Of a stretch of DNA of 52,391 nt, positions 9,775 to 18,308 are shown piece by piece. Both the position numbers and the translations under genes were made by a program. The stretch is from contig PGYG01000002.1 of NCBI GenBank assembly GCA_002839545.1, positions 1 through 52,391 on the forward strand, read 5' to 3'. Position 1 is the stretch's first letter. Every line of letters begins with the position of its first letter. The notes under the pieces are model-generated. The model ran no database searches and had not been told where the DNA came from. It saw only the letters and a program-made list of their open reading frames with translations. Source of the stretch: Candidatus Methanoperedenaceae archaeon HGW-Methanoperedenaceae-1. GTDB taxonomy: Archaea > Halobacteriota > Methanosarcinia > Methanosarcinales > Methanoperedenaceae.

Positions 9775-11016
9775 TTAAACGTATAACGTTGTCTGGCTCG
9801 GAGGTTTGTAATCCTCAAGCGGTTTCAGCCTGTAATCTTCAAAAAGAACCCTTTTTGTACTTTCCGTGGAAACACTCAGGGATATCTCCTTTGTCCTGCC
9901 ATACCTGCCCTTGCTTATCACGATAGCATTCAATATTCCAAGCATATCAAGTTCGGATATTAAATCGGTGACCCTGCGCTGTGTAAGGATATCAATCCCT
10001 ATCATCCTGCACATGTTCTTATAAACATTATATGCCTCTCCTGTTGTGATATTCCTGTTGCCGTTGTTGTTGAGAAGAAGCGCACTTAGAAGGACAAGTT
10101 TTGACTGGGTGGGCAGGGTTCTTACCACTTCCACCACCCTGTCGATTTCTATCTTTTCTTGTGCCCGTTTCACATGGGTATCAAGGACCTTTGATTCCCT
10201 GACACGGTCAGCGATTTCACCAGATACGCGAAGCAGGTCAAGGGCGCGTCTTGCGTCCCCGTGCTCCTGTGCAGCATAAGCAGCACATAACGGGATTACC
10301 GTTTCATCAAGGGCATCTGGCATGAAGGCAGATTCTGCCCTCTGCTCCAGAATATCCCTTAGCTGGTTGGCGTCATACGGAGGGAAAATTATTTCCTCCT
10401 CGCCGAGTGAACTCCTCACTCTGGGGTCAAGAAATTCAGTGAATTTCAGGTCATTGGTTACACCAATAAGGCTTACCTTCGCATTTTTCAGGTCAGAGTT
10501 TATCCTGGTGAGATTATAAAGAACATCATCTCCCTTGCTGACAAGTTTGTCCACCTCATCAAGTATAATTATCGCAATACGCTTTTCAGAATCCACAGCA
10601 TCCTTGAATTCAGTATACACCTGGTCTGTGGGCCAGCCTGTCATGGGAATGTCCTTATCAAAATGCCTTGCCAGAAAAGCAAGGAGCCTGTACTGGGTAT
10701 CCACAACTTCACAGTTTATGTAAATAACTATGCATGAAACGCCATGTAACTCTCCCATCCTTTCAAGTTCTTTACCTACATGCTTTGCCACGGCTGTCTT
10801 TCCGGTTCCTGTTTTTCCATACATTAATATGTTGGATGGGGTTTCTCCCCTGAGCGCTGAAACCAGGATAGATGCAAGCGACTTTACTTCGTTATTCCTG
10901 TGTGGAAGGTTATCCGGCGTATACGTTGCACGAAGAACCTCCCTGTTTTCGAATATGTTTCCTACTGTTAAAATATCGTCAAAAATACCCTTTATAGATG
11001 CAACTTCGCTACTCAA
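9775..11016 (-). CDS. cdc6: Orc1/Cdc6 replication initiator
   Basis: 413 aa with Walker A GKTGTGKT, Walker B IIILDEVD, sensor region GVTND, and a C-terminal winged helix. It sits immediately next to an ORB-containing AT-rich region. Confidence 0.95.
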   Translation of the reverse strand: MSSEVASIKGIFDDILTVGNIFENREVLRATYTPDNLPHRNNEVKSLASILVSALRGETPSNILMYGKTGTGKTAVAKHVGKELERMGELHGVSCIVIYINCEVVDTQYRLLAFLARHFDKDIPMTGWPTDQVYTEFKDAVDSEKRIAIIILDEVDKLVSKGDDVLYNLTRINSDLKNAKVSLIGVTNDLKFTEFLDPRVRSSLGEEEIIFPPYDANQLRDILEQRAESAFMPDALDETVIPLCAAYAAQEHGDARRALDLLRVSGEIADRVRESKVLDTHVKRAQEKIEIDRVVEVVRTLPTQSKLVLLSALLLNNNGNRNITTGEAYNVYKNMCRMIGIDILTQRRVTDLISELDMLGILNAIVISKGRYGRTKEISLSVSTESTKRVLFEDYRLKPLEDYKPPSQTTLYV

Positions 11017-11089
11017 TGTTCTCTCCTCCTAAATGTCTCCTACGACTTTGTTCCAATGGAAGGAATGGTATTAATACTTGTGGTAACGT

Positions 11090-11110
11090 CCCCTTCATTT
11101 CATGTGGAAC
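11090..11110 (-). promoter_or_regulatory. ORB-like box 1
   Basis: ccccttcatttcatgtggaac; the reverse complement gives gttccacatgaaatgaagggg. Confidence 0.6.
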
Positions 11111-11218
11111 TTGTTAATATAACTATAATCTTATACAAAAAAACAGTTTTATCGATGCCGTTTTTTTACAGTACCATAATAATAATGACAACAAAAATTC
11201 AGATTTCTCAAAGGAATA

Positions 11219-11239
11219 CCCCTTTATTTCTACTGGAGA
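11219..11239 (-). promoter_or_regulatory. ORB-like box 2
   Basis: cccctttatttctactggaga, in the same orientation as box 1. Confidence 0.55.
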
Positions 11240-11263
11240 GTTTCGGGAAAGGGGTACCCTATG

Positions 11264-11277
11264 GTTTCCACTGGAAG
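11264..11277. promoter_or_regulatory. mini-ORB-like core
   Basis: gtttccactggaag, a near-palindromic ttccactggaa core without a G-string. A weaker ttccaatggaag lies at 11051-11062. Confidence 0.4.
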
Positions 11278-11539
11278 TTAAGAATCACCAATTAATCAAA
11301 TAAATATTATAAAAATAAACACCAATGTGTCCTTCTTTATGCATTACTATATATAAATATTTTGATTTTTGATTAATATAAAATTAAAGTTATACTTAAA
11401 ACGTTTTGTCTGTAAGATATATGAATCTAAAATAAATCTAAAATAAATCTATAATGAATCAATATATGAATTGATATACGAACTTACAGTGAATCAATAT
11501 ACGAATCCAAAAAAAACATTAAATAACCCTGTTTACTGG

Positions 11540-11559
11540 TTCCAATCGAAATGATAGGG
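11540..11559 (+). promoter_or_regulatory. ORB-like box 3 (inverted relative to boxes 1 and 2)
   Basis: ttccaatcgaaatgataggg on the + strand, on the far side of the AT-rich stretch. Confidence 0.5.
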
Positions 11560-11633
11560 TAGGTAAGCAAACGAAAAAAACAAAAATAAAGTAAAATAAA
11601 AAAAGGCAAGGTTCCTGAAAAGTATAATTCCTG

Positions 11634-11912
11634 TTACATGTCAACAGGAATGGACTCAAGCTGGCTGGAAAGTCCCCATATCAATGTCCTTGTATGTATC
11701 GGCACATTTGGGTCGTTCCCTATTTCGTCAAGATTTGAAATTACCATTGCTGCCCTGGTAGATGGTGTTTCTTTATCATTTAAAAGGATGTTCTTTATAT
11801 TATCGGCATTGCGTCTGATATTTCTCGGGACCGAATCGTCATTCGTTATCCGGTCAAGCACATCAACGCATTGTTGGATGGTTTTTTTGGAATTTACCGT
11901 CACAGTTATCAC
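11634..11912 (-). CDS. UPF0147-family small conserved archaeal protein
   Basis: 92 aa with DDSVPRNIRR, TRAAMVIS and PIHTRTLIW motifs, as I recall them for UPF0147. The + strand ORF 11638-11946 is a shadow. Confidence 0.6.
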   Translation of the reverse strand: MITVTVNSKKTIQQCVDVLDRITNDDSVPRNIRRNADNIKNILLNDKETPSTRAAMVISNLDEIGNDPNVPIHTRTLIWGLSSQLESIPVDM

Positions 11913-11983
11913 TCCGGTCTACTATTATAAAACAAGCGATTCCTAATTCAATTATTATTTGAAAAGGCTTTCGGTGATATATC

Positions 11984-12526
11984 ATGTCAGGAATAGACGA
12001 GAACCAGAAAATACAGAAAATCACGGACCTTCTTGTGAAAGGAGGAACGATGCTTGCAAACCACCATGACTGCGGTGCCCCGATGTTCAGGTACAAAGGT
12101 AAAATTATCTGTCCTGTATGTGATATAGGCGGAGAAAACACAGGGAGCACAGGGATGCCAGGAAAGGTGAACACCGGTTTGCCAGCAAAAGATGAAGCAG
12201 CAAAAGATGAAGCAGCAAAAGATGAAGCAGCAAAAGATGAAGCAGCAAAAGATGAAGCAGCAAAAGATGAAGCAGCAGCAAATATCAGGGCTGAGCAGGA
12301 AATCGTGGGAAAAAAGTCCCCTCCTTCCGGCGGTGTCGGACCGGATGAAAAAATACAATCCCGGACAGCTTCTACCCAGTCTTATATGGAAATAGAAAAC
12401 CAGGTCAGGAATAAGGTACATATCCTTGCCAAAACCCTTGAAGATGAAACAGACCTCCAGAGACTCAGGGACAAGATGGAGTGCATCGAACTCGGGATAA
12501 GGATTTTAAAAACATTAAAAAACTGA
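11984..12526 (+). CDS. Zn-ribbon protein of the autoantigen-p27 / UPF0148 family carrying an in-frame (AKDEA)x6 repeat insert
   Basis: The N-terminus KITDLLVKGGTMLANHHDCGAPMFRYKGKIICPVCD is the family's zinc ribbon. The central low-complexity part is encoded by a perfect 15-nt tandem repeat. Confidence 0.65.
   Translation: MSGIDENQKIQKITDLLVKGGTMLANHHDCGAPMFRYKGKIICPVCDIGGENTGSTGMPGKVNTGLPAKDEAAKDEAAKDEAAKDEAAKDEAAKDEAAANIRAEQEIVGKKSPPSGGVGPDEKIQSRTASTQSYMEIENQVRNKVHILAKTLEDETDLQRLRDKMECIELGIRILKTLKN
12185..12274 (+). repeat. Perfect tandem repeat, 15 nt x 6 (gcaaaagatgaagca)
   Basis: I counted six identical, head-to-tail units directly. The unit length is divisible by 3 and encodes AKDEA x6 inside the CDS. 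Confidence 0.95.
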
Positions 12527-12760
12527 CTAAAAAAAATGATTTAAGGCGGCTGATTCTAAAACACCCGGTTTTGTGATGTGTGGATGTTTTTGGGATGTGT
12601 GTGTGAATTCCCCTTCACATGTGTATTTTTTTCACAACATAATTTAACAGGATGTGAAGGACTAAGTAAGTCTTAACTTGGTTTATACCGAGAACGAATT
12701 CAAAATTCGATGGATATATAATAATGTCCCGGTCATGAATTCTCATAACGAGGTGATTAA

Positions 12761-12997
12761 GTGGAAAAGAGCAAGTATTTGGATGTAGCGTTAAAAACAC
12801 TATCCCAGGTTTTTTCAGATGGCGGCGCAAAAGCCACGATTGATGTGATGGCAAAATTAAAACTGAAAGATGTAACAGACATCGATGCGAAAACAATTAG
12901 TGCGTGTAATTCAGTGTTGCATGAGAGAGTTAGAATGCTGAAAGGGGACGAGATTGCAACTAAGTTTTACAGTATGTTAAATAATGCATGCAGGTGA
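12761..12997 (+). CDS. Hypothetical small soluble protein (GTG start)
   Basis: 78 aa with a helical-looking composition. An SD-like gaggtga lies 5 nt upstream of the GTG. It is the first gene of a tightly spaced three-gene set. Confidence 0.5.
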   Translation: MEKSKYLDVALKTLSQVFSDGGAKATIDVMAKLKLKDVTDIDAKTISACNSVLHERVRMLKGDEIATKFYSMLNNACR

Positions 12998-13003
12998 TGA
13001 AAA

Positions 13004-13330
13004 ATGAGTGAAATTATAGAATTTCTTGTAAAACCAGAAACCCAGGCAGTGTTCTGGCTGGTTTGTATTGTGTTCGCGACCCTTTTTGCAAATTATGTCA
13101 GGAAACTGAGTTTCGGTGACGATACGGGATCCAGGGCATGGGCAATTATCGCAGCAGGTCTGTTCCTTATAGGACTAAGGGTAAGTTTCAAGATGTTGTT
13201 CTCGGACTTCTCAACAAGTTACGACCTACAGGTTGCAAGATATAGCCTTGGAATCCTGGGTTCTGCTGTCCTGTTGTACGGGTTTTTCAACTACTACAAC
13301 GTGGTAAATAATATGTACAGGGAGGCATAA
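13004..13330 (+). CDS. Hypothetical membrane protein (about 3 TM)
   Basis: 108 aa. It has an SD-like aggtga upstream and a 6-nt gap from the previous ORF. Confidence 0.55.
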   Translation: MSEIIEFLVKPETQAVFWLVCIVFATLFANYVRKLSFGDDTGSRAWAIIAAGLFLIGLRVSFKMLFSDFSTSYDLQVARYSLGILGSAVLLYGFFNYYNVVNNMYREA

Positions 13331-13332
13331 GA

Positions 13333-13695
13333 ATGGCATGCGGTCTTGGTCCGGAAGGATTATGCACGGCGGTTAATAACCTGAGAATAGCAGAAGATGC
13401 TGTTGCAGCAATGATAATAGCAGCTGTTATTTTACTGATGTTGCATCTTGCGTACAGTACTATCAGGCAGGGTCCCTTTTTTAAGAGACTGGTGGTTCTT
13501 GCCCTTACCTTTGCCCCGTTCTTACTGTGGAAGACCTTTGGTGCTTACAGAAGGGTATTCCTGGATAAAACAAGCGCATGGAACGCGCCTCTGGAAGGGT
13601 TCGGTGAGGTAATGGAAGCGGTTACTGCCCTGTTCATCCTTGGCGCATTGATATACATGTACCAGATGATTAAACCAAAGGAATTACCTGAATAA
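13333..13695 (+). CDS. Hypothetical membrane protein (about 3 TM)
   Basis: 120 aa. It has an SD-like ggagg upstream and a 2-nt gap from the previous ORF. Confidence 0.55.
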   Translation: MACGLGPEGLCTAVNNLRIAEDAVAAMIIAAVILLMLHLAYSTIRQGPFFKRLVVLALTFAPFLLWKTFGAYRRVFLDKTSAWNAPLEGFGEVMEAVTALFILGALIYMYQMIKPKELPE

Positions 13696-13728
13696 TTCCT
13701 TTCCTTTTTTTATTTTTTCGTTATTATT

Positions 13729-14847
13729 TCATTTTTTCCTGTGTTTCAGTATATGCTCTGACAATTTCTTTTTTACCTGCATATATTCCACATCGGAAAG
13801 CTTTGTGCGCTCAAGCACGCTATCCCTCAGGAAACATGGTTTTGTTATCTTGCAGCACCACGCCATTGAGCCAAAACATGTCCCGCCCCCTGATTCAATT
13901 GGCGTTCCCCTGGAAAATCCGAGTTTAATGTTCACGAACTCCTGCGGCTCAAACCCGACCTGTTTAAGCGCGCCGTGTACTGCGCATGGTTTCACAGGAG
14001 GGCAGCAGAACGCAAGCGCCCTGAGGTCGCCGCCCCCGCAGATATGTTTGGGCGCGTTGTACCATCCTGTCATTGCCTGCACAGAAGAAACCTCATCAAC
14101 CAGGAAATCTATAATCCTTGGTTCTTCAAGCACAGCCCTTGCTACTGATACCATATCAGCTCCGCGCGAGAACATTTCTTTTGCACTGTCAAAATCAACG
14201 ATTGAGTTGTTGCCTATAATAAACAGTCTTGTGGAATTGCGAATCCTCTTGATAACACCGATATCCACGCCCTGCGGATGCATGGCATCAATATGGATAA
14301 TATCGGCTCCTGCTTCCTCTATCGCTTTTGCAAGCCCAAGGTCATCAACCACGTTTGCGCGCACCTTGACAGAAACAACCACGCCGGTTTTCTTGATCTC
14401 CGATATATATTCACCCAGGCGCGGGAGGTCTTTCATCAATGCCTCGCCCACACCGAGTTCTGCCATTTCAGGCTGCCTGCAGTGTGCGTTTATTTCAAGA
14501 ATCGCACCTGCCTCCTTTGCGATACCGGCAGCTTCAAGGAACGGCGCAAGTGTGGCAGCGCGCACATTTATGGCAACAGCAGTTCCAATTTCTTTTGCTT
14601 TTTCAAGTTCGGATTTTATGAGCTCCATCGGCGCATCGGTTACAAATTCCTTCCTTCCCCGCCGTGTCTCTTTCCTTGCAGCCTCGTTTGTTTCCTTATC
14701 AAGATTGTAACCGCCAAGTACAACAAGCCCGGCATTTGTGAATTTTGATGCAAAGGCGCTGTCCGTAGTACCTGCCATTGAAGCAAGCGCAATCGGGTTC
14801 TTGAAGGATATATAGCCAACTTTAATATCAAATAAATTACCTGTCAC
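13729..14847 (-). CDS. TIM-barrel (Dus/DHOD-like) protein fused to a duplicated Cys-rich C-terminal domain (methanogenesis-marker-9-like)
   Basis: 372 aa. The N-terminal FKNPIALASMAGTTD and central beta/alpha pattern suggest an FMN-type TIM barrel. The C-terminus has two copies of GGG-x8/9-A-x-CC-x4-KPC. The marker-9 assignment is from memory of TIGRFAM descriptions and is unverified. Confidence 0.55.
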   Translation of the reverse strand: MTGNLFDIKVGYISFKNPIALASMAGTTDSAFASKFTNAGLVVLGGYNLDKETNEAARKETRRGRKEFVTDAPMELIKSELEKAKEIGTAVAINVRAATLAPFLEAAGIAKEAGAILEINAHCRQPEMAELGVGEALMKDLPRLGEYISEIKKTGVVVSVKVRANVVDDLGLAKAIEEAGADIIHIDAMHPQGVDIGVIKRIRNSTRLFIIGNNSIVDFDSAKEMFSRGADMVSVARAVLEEPRIIDFLVDEVSSVQAMTGWYNAPKHICGGGDLRALAFCCPPVKPCAVHGALKQVGFEPQEFVNIKLGFSRGTPIESGGGTCFGSMAWCCKITKPCFLRDSVLERTKLSDVEYMQVKKKLSEHILKHRKK

Positions 14848-15075
14848 GTTAAGTCCTCGTTCGTTTTGTGTAAGAATGTGCTTCCACTTGTTAGAATTAC
14901 ATAAGAAACTTACGATAAGATGATTTTAATTAAAATTTCAAACTTATTTAATCCATTTAAAAAAGTGTTCCCTTAAAAGTAACTTTAGTTCATCATTTGT
15001 TGATTTATCTATGGCAGGGGAATAATTTTATTCATCCAACCATTCTTCCCTCGATATTTTTCCCTGTCTTAATAT

Positions 15076-15285
15076 TCATGACAATAACTCCACACTAATT
15101 ATAGCCTTATGAGGATTAGGAATTGTTAAAACCAGATCATTTTTTACCATAAACGGGTGTTTCCCGCCAGAATAAGGCCCTTCAAAACCCAGTTTTTTAA
15201 GGCGCTTGACTAAAAAAGTCCAGCTAACTGGATTAAGTTTAGGCAACTGCCATTTCTCCCGTGTTTTCGATATTGAAATTTCCAA
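15076..15285 (-). CDS. hicA: HicA-family toxin (mRNA interferase)
   Basis: LVKRLKKLGFEGPYSGGKHPFMVKND..LTIPNPH is HicA-like. The true start may be the TTG at 15246 (giving MPKLNPVS...), which would overlap the hicB stop by 8 nt. Confidence 0.7.
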   Translation of the reverse strand: MEISISKTREKWQLPKLNPVSWTFLVKRLKKLGFEGPYSGGKHPFMVKNDLVLTIPNPHKAIISVELLS

Positions 15286-15490
15286 TAGGAGGAATCGGCA
15301 ATCCCTTCCTTAATCTAATTATTATCCATTCATCGATTACTTCTTCTAAATTCTTCCTGCATTCTTCCAATGTCTTCCCGCTTGCCCATACACCCTGAAG
15401 TTCAGGAACTTCACCAAAATACGGCTCTTCATCATCTATTATTTCATATTTAGAATGTTCAAGTGCAGCCTTAATATATTGAATCAACAT
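15239..15490 (-). CDS. hicB: HicB-family antitoxin (UPF0150-like)
   Basis: 83 aa. The FGEVPELQGVWASGKTLEECRKNLEEVIDEWI motif is typical of the HicB N-terminal domain. It lies upstream of and overlaps hicA. Confidence 0.7.
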   Translation of the reverse strand: MLIQYIKAALEHSKYEIIDDEEPYFGEVPELQGVWASGKTLEECRKNLEEVIDEWIIIRLRKGLPIPPIGNFNIENTGEMAVA

Positions 15491-15652
15491 ATCGAATACC
15501 TGTTATTCCTTTATTCTGAACTATTATATATCTTATTGGCACCCAAATTCCTGTTTTCATGACAACAAACATTTCGCATCCCCTTCATCCTCCTCTTCAT
15601 AATACGCGCAAAATCAATTCCCGTATCCTGCGCAAAAACAATTTCATAAGCT

Positions 15653-15667
15653 TTTTATATGTATAAT
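15653..15667 (+). promoter_or_regulatory. Candidate TATA box for the fpo operon
   Basis: tttttatatgtataa lies about 30-45 nt upstream of the fpoA ATG, preceded by an A-rich BRE-like stretch. There is no experimental support. Confidence 0.3.
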
Positions 15668-15697
15668 CAACTTTAAACCTATATCACTGGTGGTTTC

Positions 15698-16072
15698 ATG
15701 GTACCGAATCAAATTTTTGATAATTACTTACCTGTAGCGCTATTAACTATAATCGGCTTCGCCTTTGTAGGCATATCTTTACTCATGTCAAAGATGGTAA
15801 GACCGAGCAACAAGACCAAAGAAAAATTATCCACCTACGAATGTGCGGAAGTCCCGATAGGCGATGCCAGGATACATTTTAATGTACAATATTACCTGAT
15901 TGTACTCGTATTCCTGATTTTTGATGTTGAAGTCCTGTTCCTCTACCCCTGGGCAGTACGCTTCCAGCATCTTGGAGGACTCGGGTTCTTTGAAATGCTA
16001 ATTTTCATTGAGGTTTTAATCATCGGTCTTGCATACGCATGGAGAAAGGAGGCTTTAGAGTGGATTCAGTAA
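15698..16072 (+). CDS. fpoA: F420H2 dehydrogenase subunit A (NuoA homolog)
   Basis: 124 aa with 3 TM helices, YECAE and [13 protein letters not shown] motifs. Confidence 0.9.
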   Translation: MVPNQIFDNYLPVALLTIIGFAFVGISLLMSKMVRPSNKTKEKLSTYECAEVPIGDARIHFNVQYYLIVLVFLIFDVEVLFLYPWAVRFQHLGGLGFFEMLIFIEVLIIGLAYAWRKEALEWIQ

Positions 16073-16653
16073 CTATTGACACTACAAAAATCAAACCTGT
16101 AAGAAAAACGCCTGAAACAGCAATAGAGAAACTTGAAGATACAGGTCTTATCAGCACGCTTCTTGCTGCAAGGGAGCGTGAAGGTTCCATTCTTTTTTCA
16201 ACCATTGACCAGGTATTTAACTGGGCGCGCCTGAGTTCCCTGTGGCCCGTCACATCGGGTCTTGCATGCTGTGCCATCGAGATGATGGGCGTTGCAATGG
16301 CGCACCACGATATTGCCCGTTTCGGTATGGAAATATTCAGAGCCAGCCCAAGGCAGGCTGACCTCATGTTCGTGGCAGGCACTGTAACAAAAAGGATGGC
16401 TCCAAGGGTGAAACAGCTTTACGAGATGATGCCTGACCCCAAATGGGTGATTTCAGTAGGAAGCTGTGCCAACACAGGCGGACCGTACCACGACTCCTAT
16501 TCTGTTTTAAAAGGCGTAGATAACATAATTCCAGTTGACGTGTATATCCCTGGCTGCCCACCGAGACCGGAAGCATGGCTGTACGGGATTATACAGTTGC
16601 GTGAGAAAATCAAGAACGAGGGATACGGCGCAACATGGGGGCTTGACAAATGA
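16039..16653 (+). CDS. fpoB: F420H2 dehydrogenase subunit B (NuoB homolog, N2 cluster)
   Basis: Contains [13 protein letters not shown] and IPGCPP cluster motifs. A GTG at 16060, 7 nt after aaaggagg, is an equally plausible start. Confidence 0.92.
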   Translation: MEKGGFRVDSVTIDTTKIKPVRKTPETAIEKLEDTGLISTLLAAREREGSILFSTIDQVFNWARLSSLWPVTSGLACCAIEMMGVAMAHHDIARFGMEIFRASPRQADLMFVAGTVTKRMAPRVKQLYEMMPDPKWVISVGSCANTGGPYHDSYSVLKGVDNIIPVDVYIPGCPPRPEAWLYGIIQLREKIKNEGYGATWGLDK

Positions 16654-17153
16654 ACGCAGCTGAGGAATTAAAAAAGGCATTACCTGATGCCGTCACCAAA
16701 ATAGGAATGCAGTGTAACAAACCCGAGGCAACTGTGAAAAAGGAAGACCTGCTCGATGCTGCCGCGAAGGCACAGGAATTGGGTTTTGACCAGCTTTCCG
16801 TTATTACAGGTGTTGATTACGAGGACAGGGTCGAGGTTATTTACAATCTCTTTTCGTACGAAAATAAACACAATCTTGTCCTGAAAGTTATTCTTGACCA
16901 CGACAACCCTGAAGTTGATTCGCTCACCACACTCTGGAAAGGCGCTGACTGGCTTGAAAGGGAAACATACGACCTCGTTGGTATCAAATTCACAGGTCAC
17001 CCGAACCTTACAAGGATATTACTGCCAGAGGGATGGAACGGGCATCCACTCAGGAAGGATTATGACATGGAAACCGAACAATTCGTCACCATAGGTGAAG
17101 ATGGGGATGATGTGGTAAGTACTGACGGCTCAAACCTTTTGAGGAGGAAATAA
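16650..17153 (+). CDS. fpoC: F420H2 dehydrogenase subunit C (NuoC homolog)
   Basis: 167 aa with [23 protein letters not shown]. It overlaps fpoB through an ATGA. Confidence 0.9.
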   Translation: MNAAEELKKALPDAVTKIGMQCNKPEATVKKEDLLDAAAKAQELGFDQLSVITGVDYEDRVEVIYNLFSYENKHNLVLKVILDHDNPEVDSLTTLWKGADWLERETYDLVGIKFTGHPNLTRILLPEGWNGHPLRKDYDMETEQFVTIGEDGDDVVSTDGSNLLRRK

Positions 17154-17155
17154 AC

Positions 17156-18304
17156 ATGCAAACAGATGAACTCCTTATAAACATGGGTCCTGTCCACCCG
17201 AGTACGCACGGTGTGTTGCGGTTTAAGCTCAGGATGGACGGTGAGATAATAAAGGACTGCCAGCTTGTACTTGGTTACCTCCACAGGGGAACTGAAAAAC
17301 TCGGCGAGATGAAAACCTACCAGCAGGTATTACCATACACCGACAGGCTGGATTATATCTCAGCATTTCCTAACAATTATTGTTACGTGAAAGCCATTGA
17401 AGAACTCGCAGGCATCGAAGTTCCCTTGCGGGCTGAATATATCAGGGTTCTTGTCATGGAACTTAACAGGATAGTAAACCATATTGTTTCAATCGGCTCC
17501 CTGTTAATGGACCTTGGCGCTGCCACAATGATAATGTGGGGATTCAGGGAAAGGGAAAAAGCCCTGCAGCTGTTCGAGATGCTCTGCGGCGCAAGGATGA
17601 CATTCAATTACATAAAACCAGGCGGCGTGCGGGAAGATTTGCCAGAAGGCTTCATTCCAAAGCTGAACGAATTCCTGGAAGAAATGGAAATGCGCATAAA
17701 GGATTATGAGCAGCTTATAAACTCCAACGAGATATTCCTGATGAGGATGAATGGTATCGGGGTGATTAGTGCAAAAGATGCAATAAACCATGGTCTTACA
17801 GGTCCTACCCTGCGCGGTTCTGGCGTGAACCACGACCTTCGGAAATTAGAGCCGTACTCCATTTACCATGACCTTGATTTCAAGGCATGCTCACGTCCAG
17901 AAGGTGACAGTTATGCACGGTACATGGTAAGGATAGATGAGATGTGGGAAAGCCTGCACATATTGAGGCAGGTTGTTGATACCATGCCTGAAGCCAAAGT
18001 AATCAGCACCTCAAAGTATGGTGTTGCTCCAATGACAGGCGTGCCTTCCACGGTTTCCACTTATTTCCCAAGGATATTCACACCGCCGGCAGGCGAAGTA
18101 TACACAAGAATTGAGGCGCCAAAAGGTGAATTGGGTTTCTATATTGCAAGTGACGGCTCGACAAAACCCTACCGTGTTAAGATACGCTCACCGTCTTTCT
18201 GCAACCTTACTGCCCTTTCAGGGATGGTAAAGGGACTGAAGATTCCTGACCTTATTGCTGCTTTTGGAACGATGGATATTGTACTTGGAGATGTGGACAG
18301 GTGA
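17156..18304 (+). CDS. fpoD: F420H2 dehydrogenase subunit D (NuoD homolog)
   Basis: 382 aa with NMGPVHPSTHGVLR, LHRGTEKL, and a C-terminal DIVLGDVDR. Confidence 0.93.
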   Translation: MQTDELLINMGPVHPSTHGVLRFKLRMDGEIIKDCQLVLGYLHRGTEKLGEMKTYQQVLPYTDRLDYISAFPNNYCYVKAIEELAGIEVPLRAEYIRVLVMELNRIVNHIVSIGSLLMDLGAATMIMWGFREREKALQLFEMLCGARMTFNYIKPGGVREDLPEGFIPKLNEFLEEMEMRIKDYEQLINSNEIFLMRMNGIGVISAKDAINHGLTGPTLRGSGVNHDLRKLEPYSIYHDLDFKACSRPEGDSYARYMVRIDEMWESLHILRQVVDTMPEAKVISTSKYGVAPMTGVPSTVSTYFPRIFTPPAGEVYTRIEAPKGELGFYIASDGSTKPYRVKIRSPSFCNLTALSGMVKGLKIPDLIAAFGTMDIVLGDVDR

Positions 18305-18308
18305 TATC

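Larger units (their letters stand above)
11017..11633. other. Probable chromosomal replication origin (oriC): ORB boxes flanking an AT-rich unwinding region
   Basis: This is a 617-nt non-coding gap beside cdc6. Two ORB-like boxes in one orientation (11090, 11219) and one inverted (11540) bracket a very AT-rich stretch (about 11284-11530). That stretch contains short direct repeats: aaaataaatct x2 and tgaatcaatataYgaa x2. Confidence 0.7.

Noticed and set aside
9758-9784. A direct repeat atattaaacgtat x2 between the signal peptidase and cdc6 3' ends.
   Set aside because: It is short and AT-rich, it partly overlaps the cdc6 stop codon, and no function can be supported.
11056-11295. A 79-aa + strand ORF inside the cdc6-proximal intergenic region.
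   Set aside because: It overlaps the ORB boxes, has an implausible composition and no RBS. The region is better explained as origin DNA.
11421-11510. Short AT-rich direct repeats (aaaataaatct x2 and tgaatcaatataYgaa x2), considered as a possible CRISPR or mobile-element end.
   Set aside because: The repeats are too short, too few and irregularly spaced for a CRISPR array. No cas, transposase or integrase genes are nearby. They fit an origin unwinding element.
11987-12421. Alternative-frame ORFs through the 15-nt repeat: MKQQK x n on the + strand at 12192-12395, and a CCFIF x n ORF on the minus strand.
   Set aside because: They are by-products of a repeat whose unit length is divisible by 3, which stays open in several frames. 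Only the frame continuous with the Zn-ribbon N-terminus makes a recognisable protein.
13805-14710. A 301-aa + strand ORF, plus further + strand ORFs at 14278-14748 and 14439-14621.
   Set aside because: They are fully antisense to the 372-aa TIM-barrel/Cys-rich gene. Their Ser/Pro/Ala-rich low-complexity translations have no motifs, which is typical of shadow ORFs.
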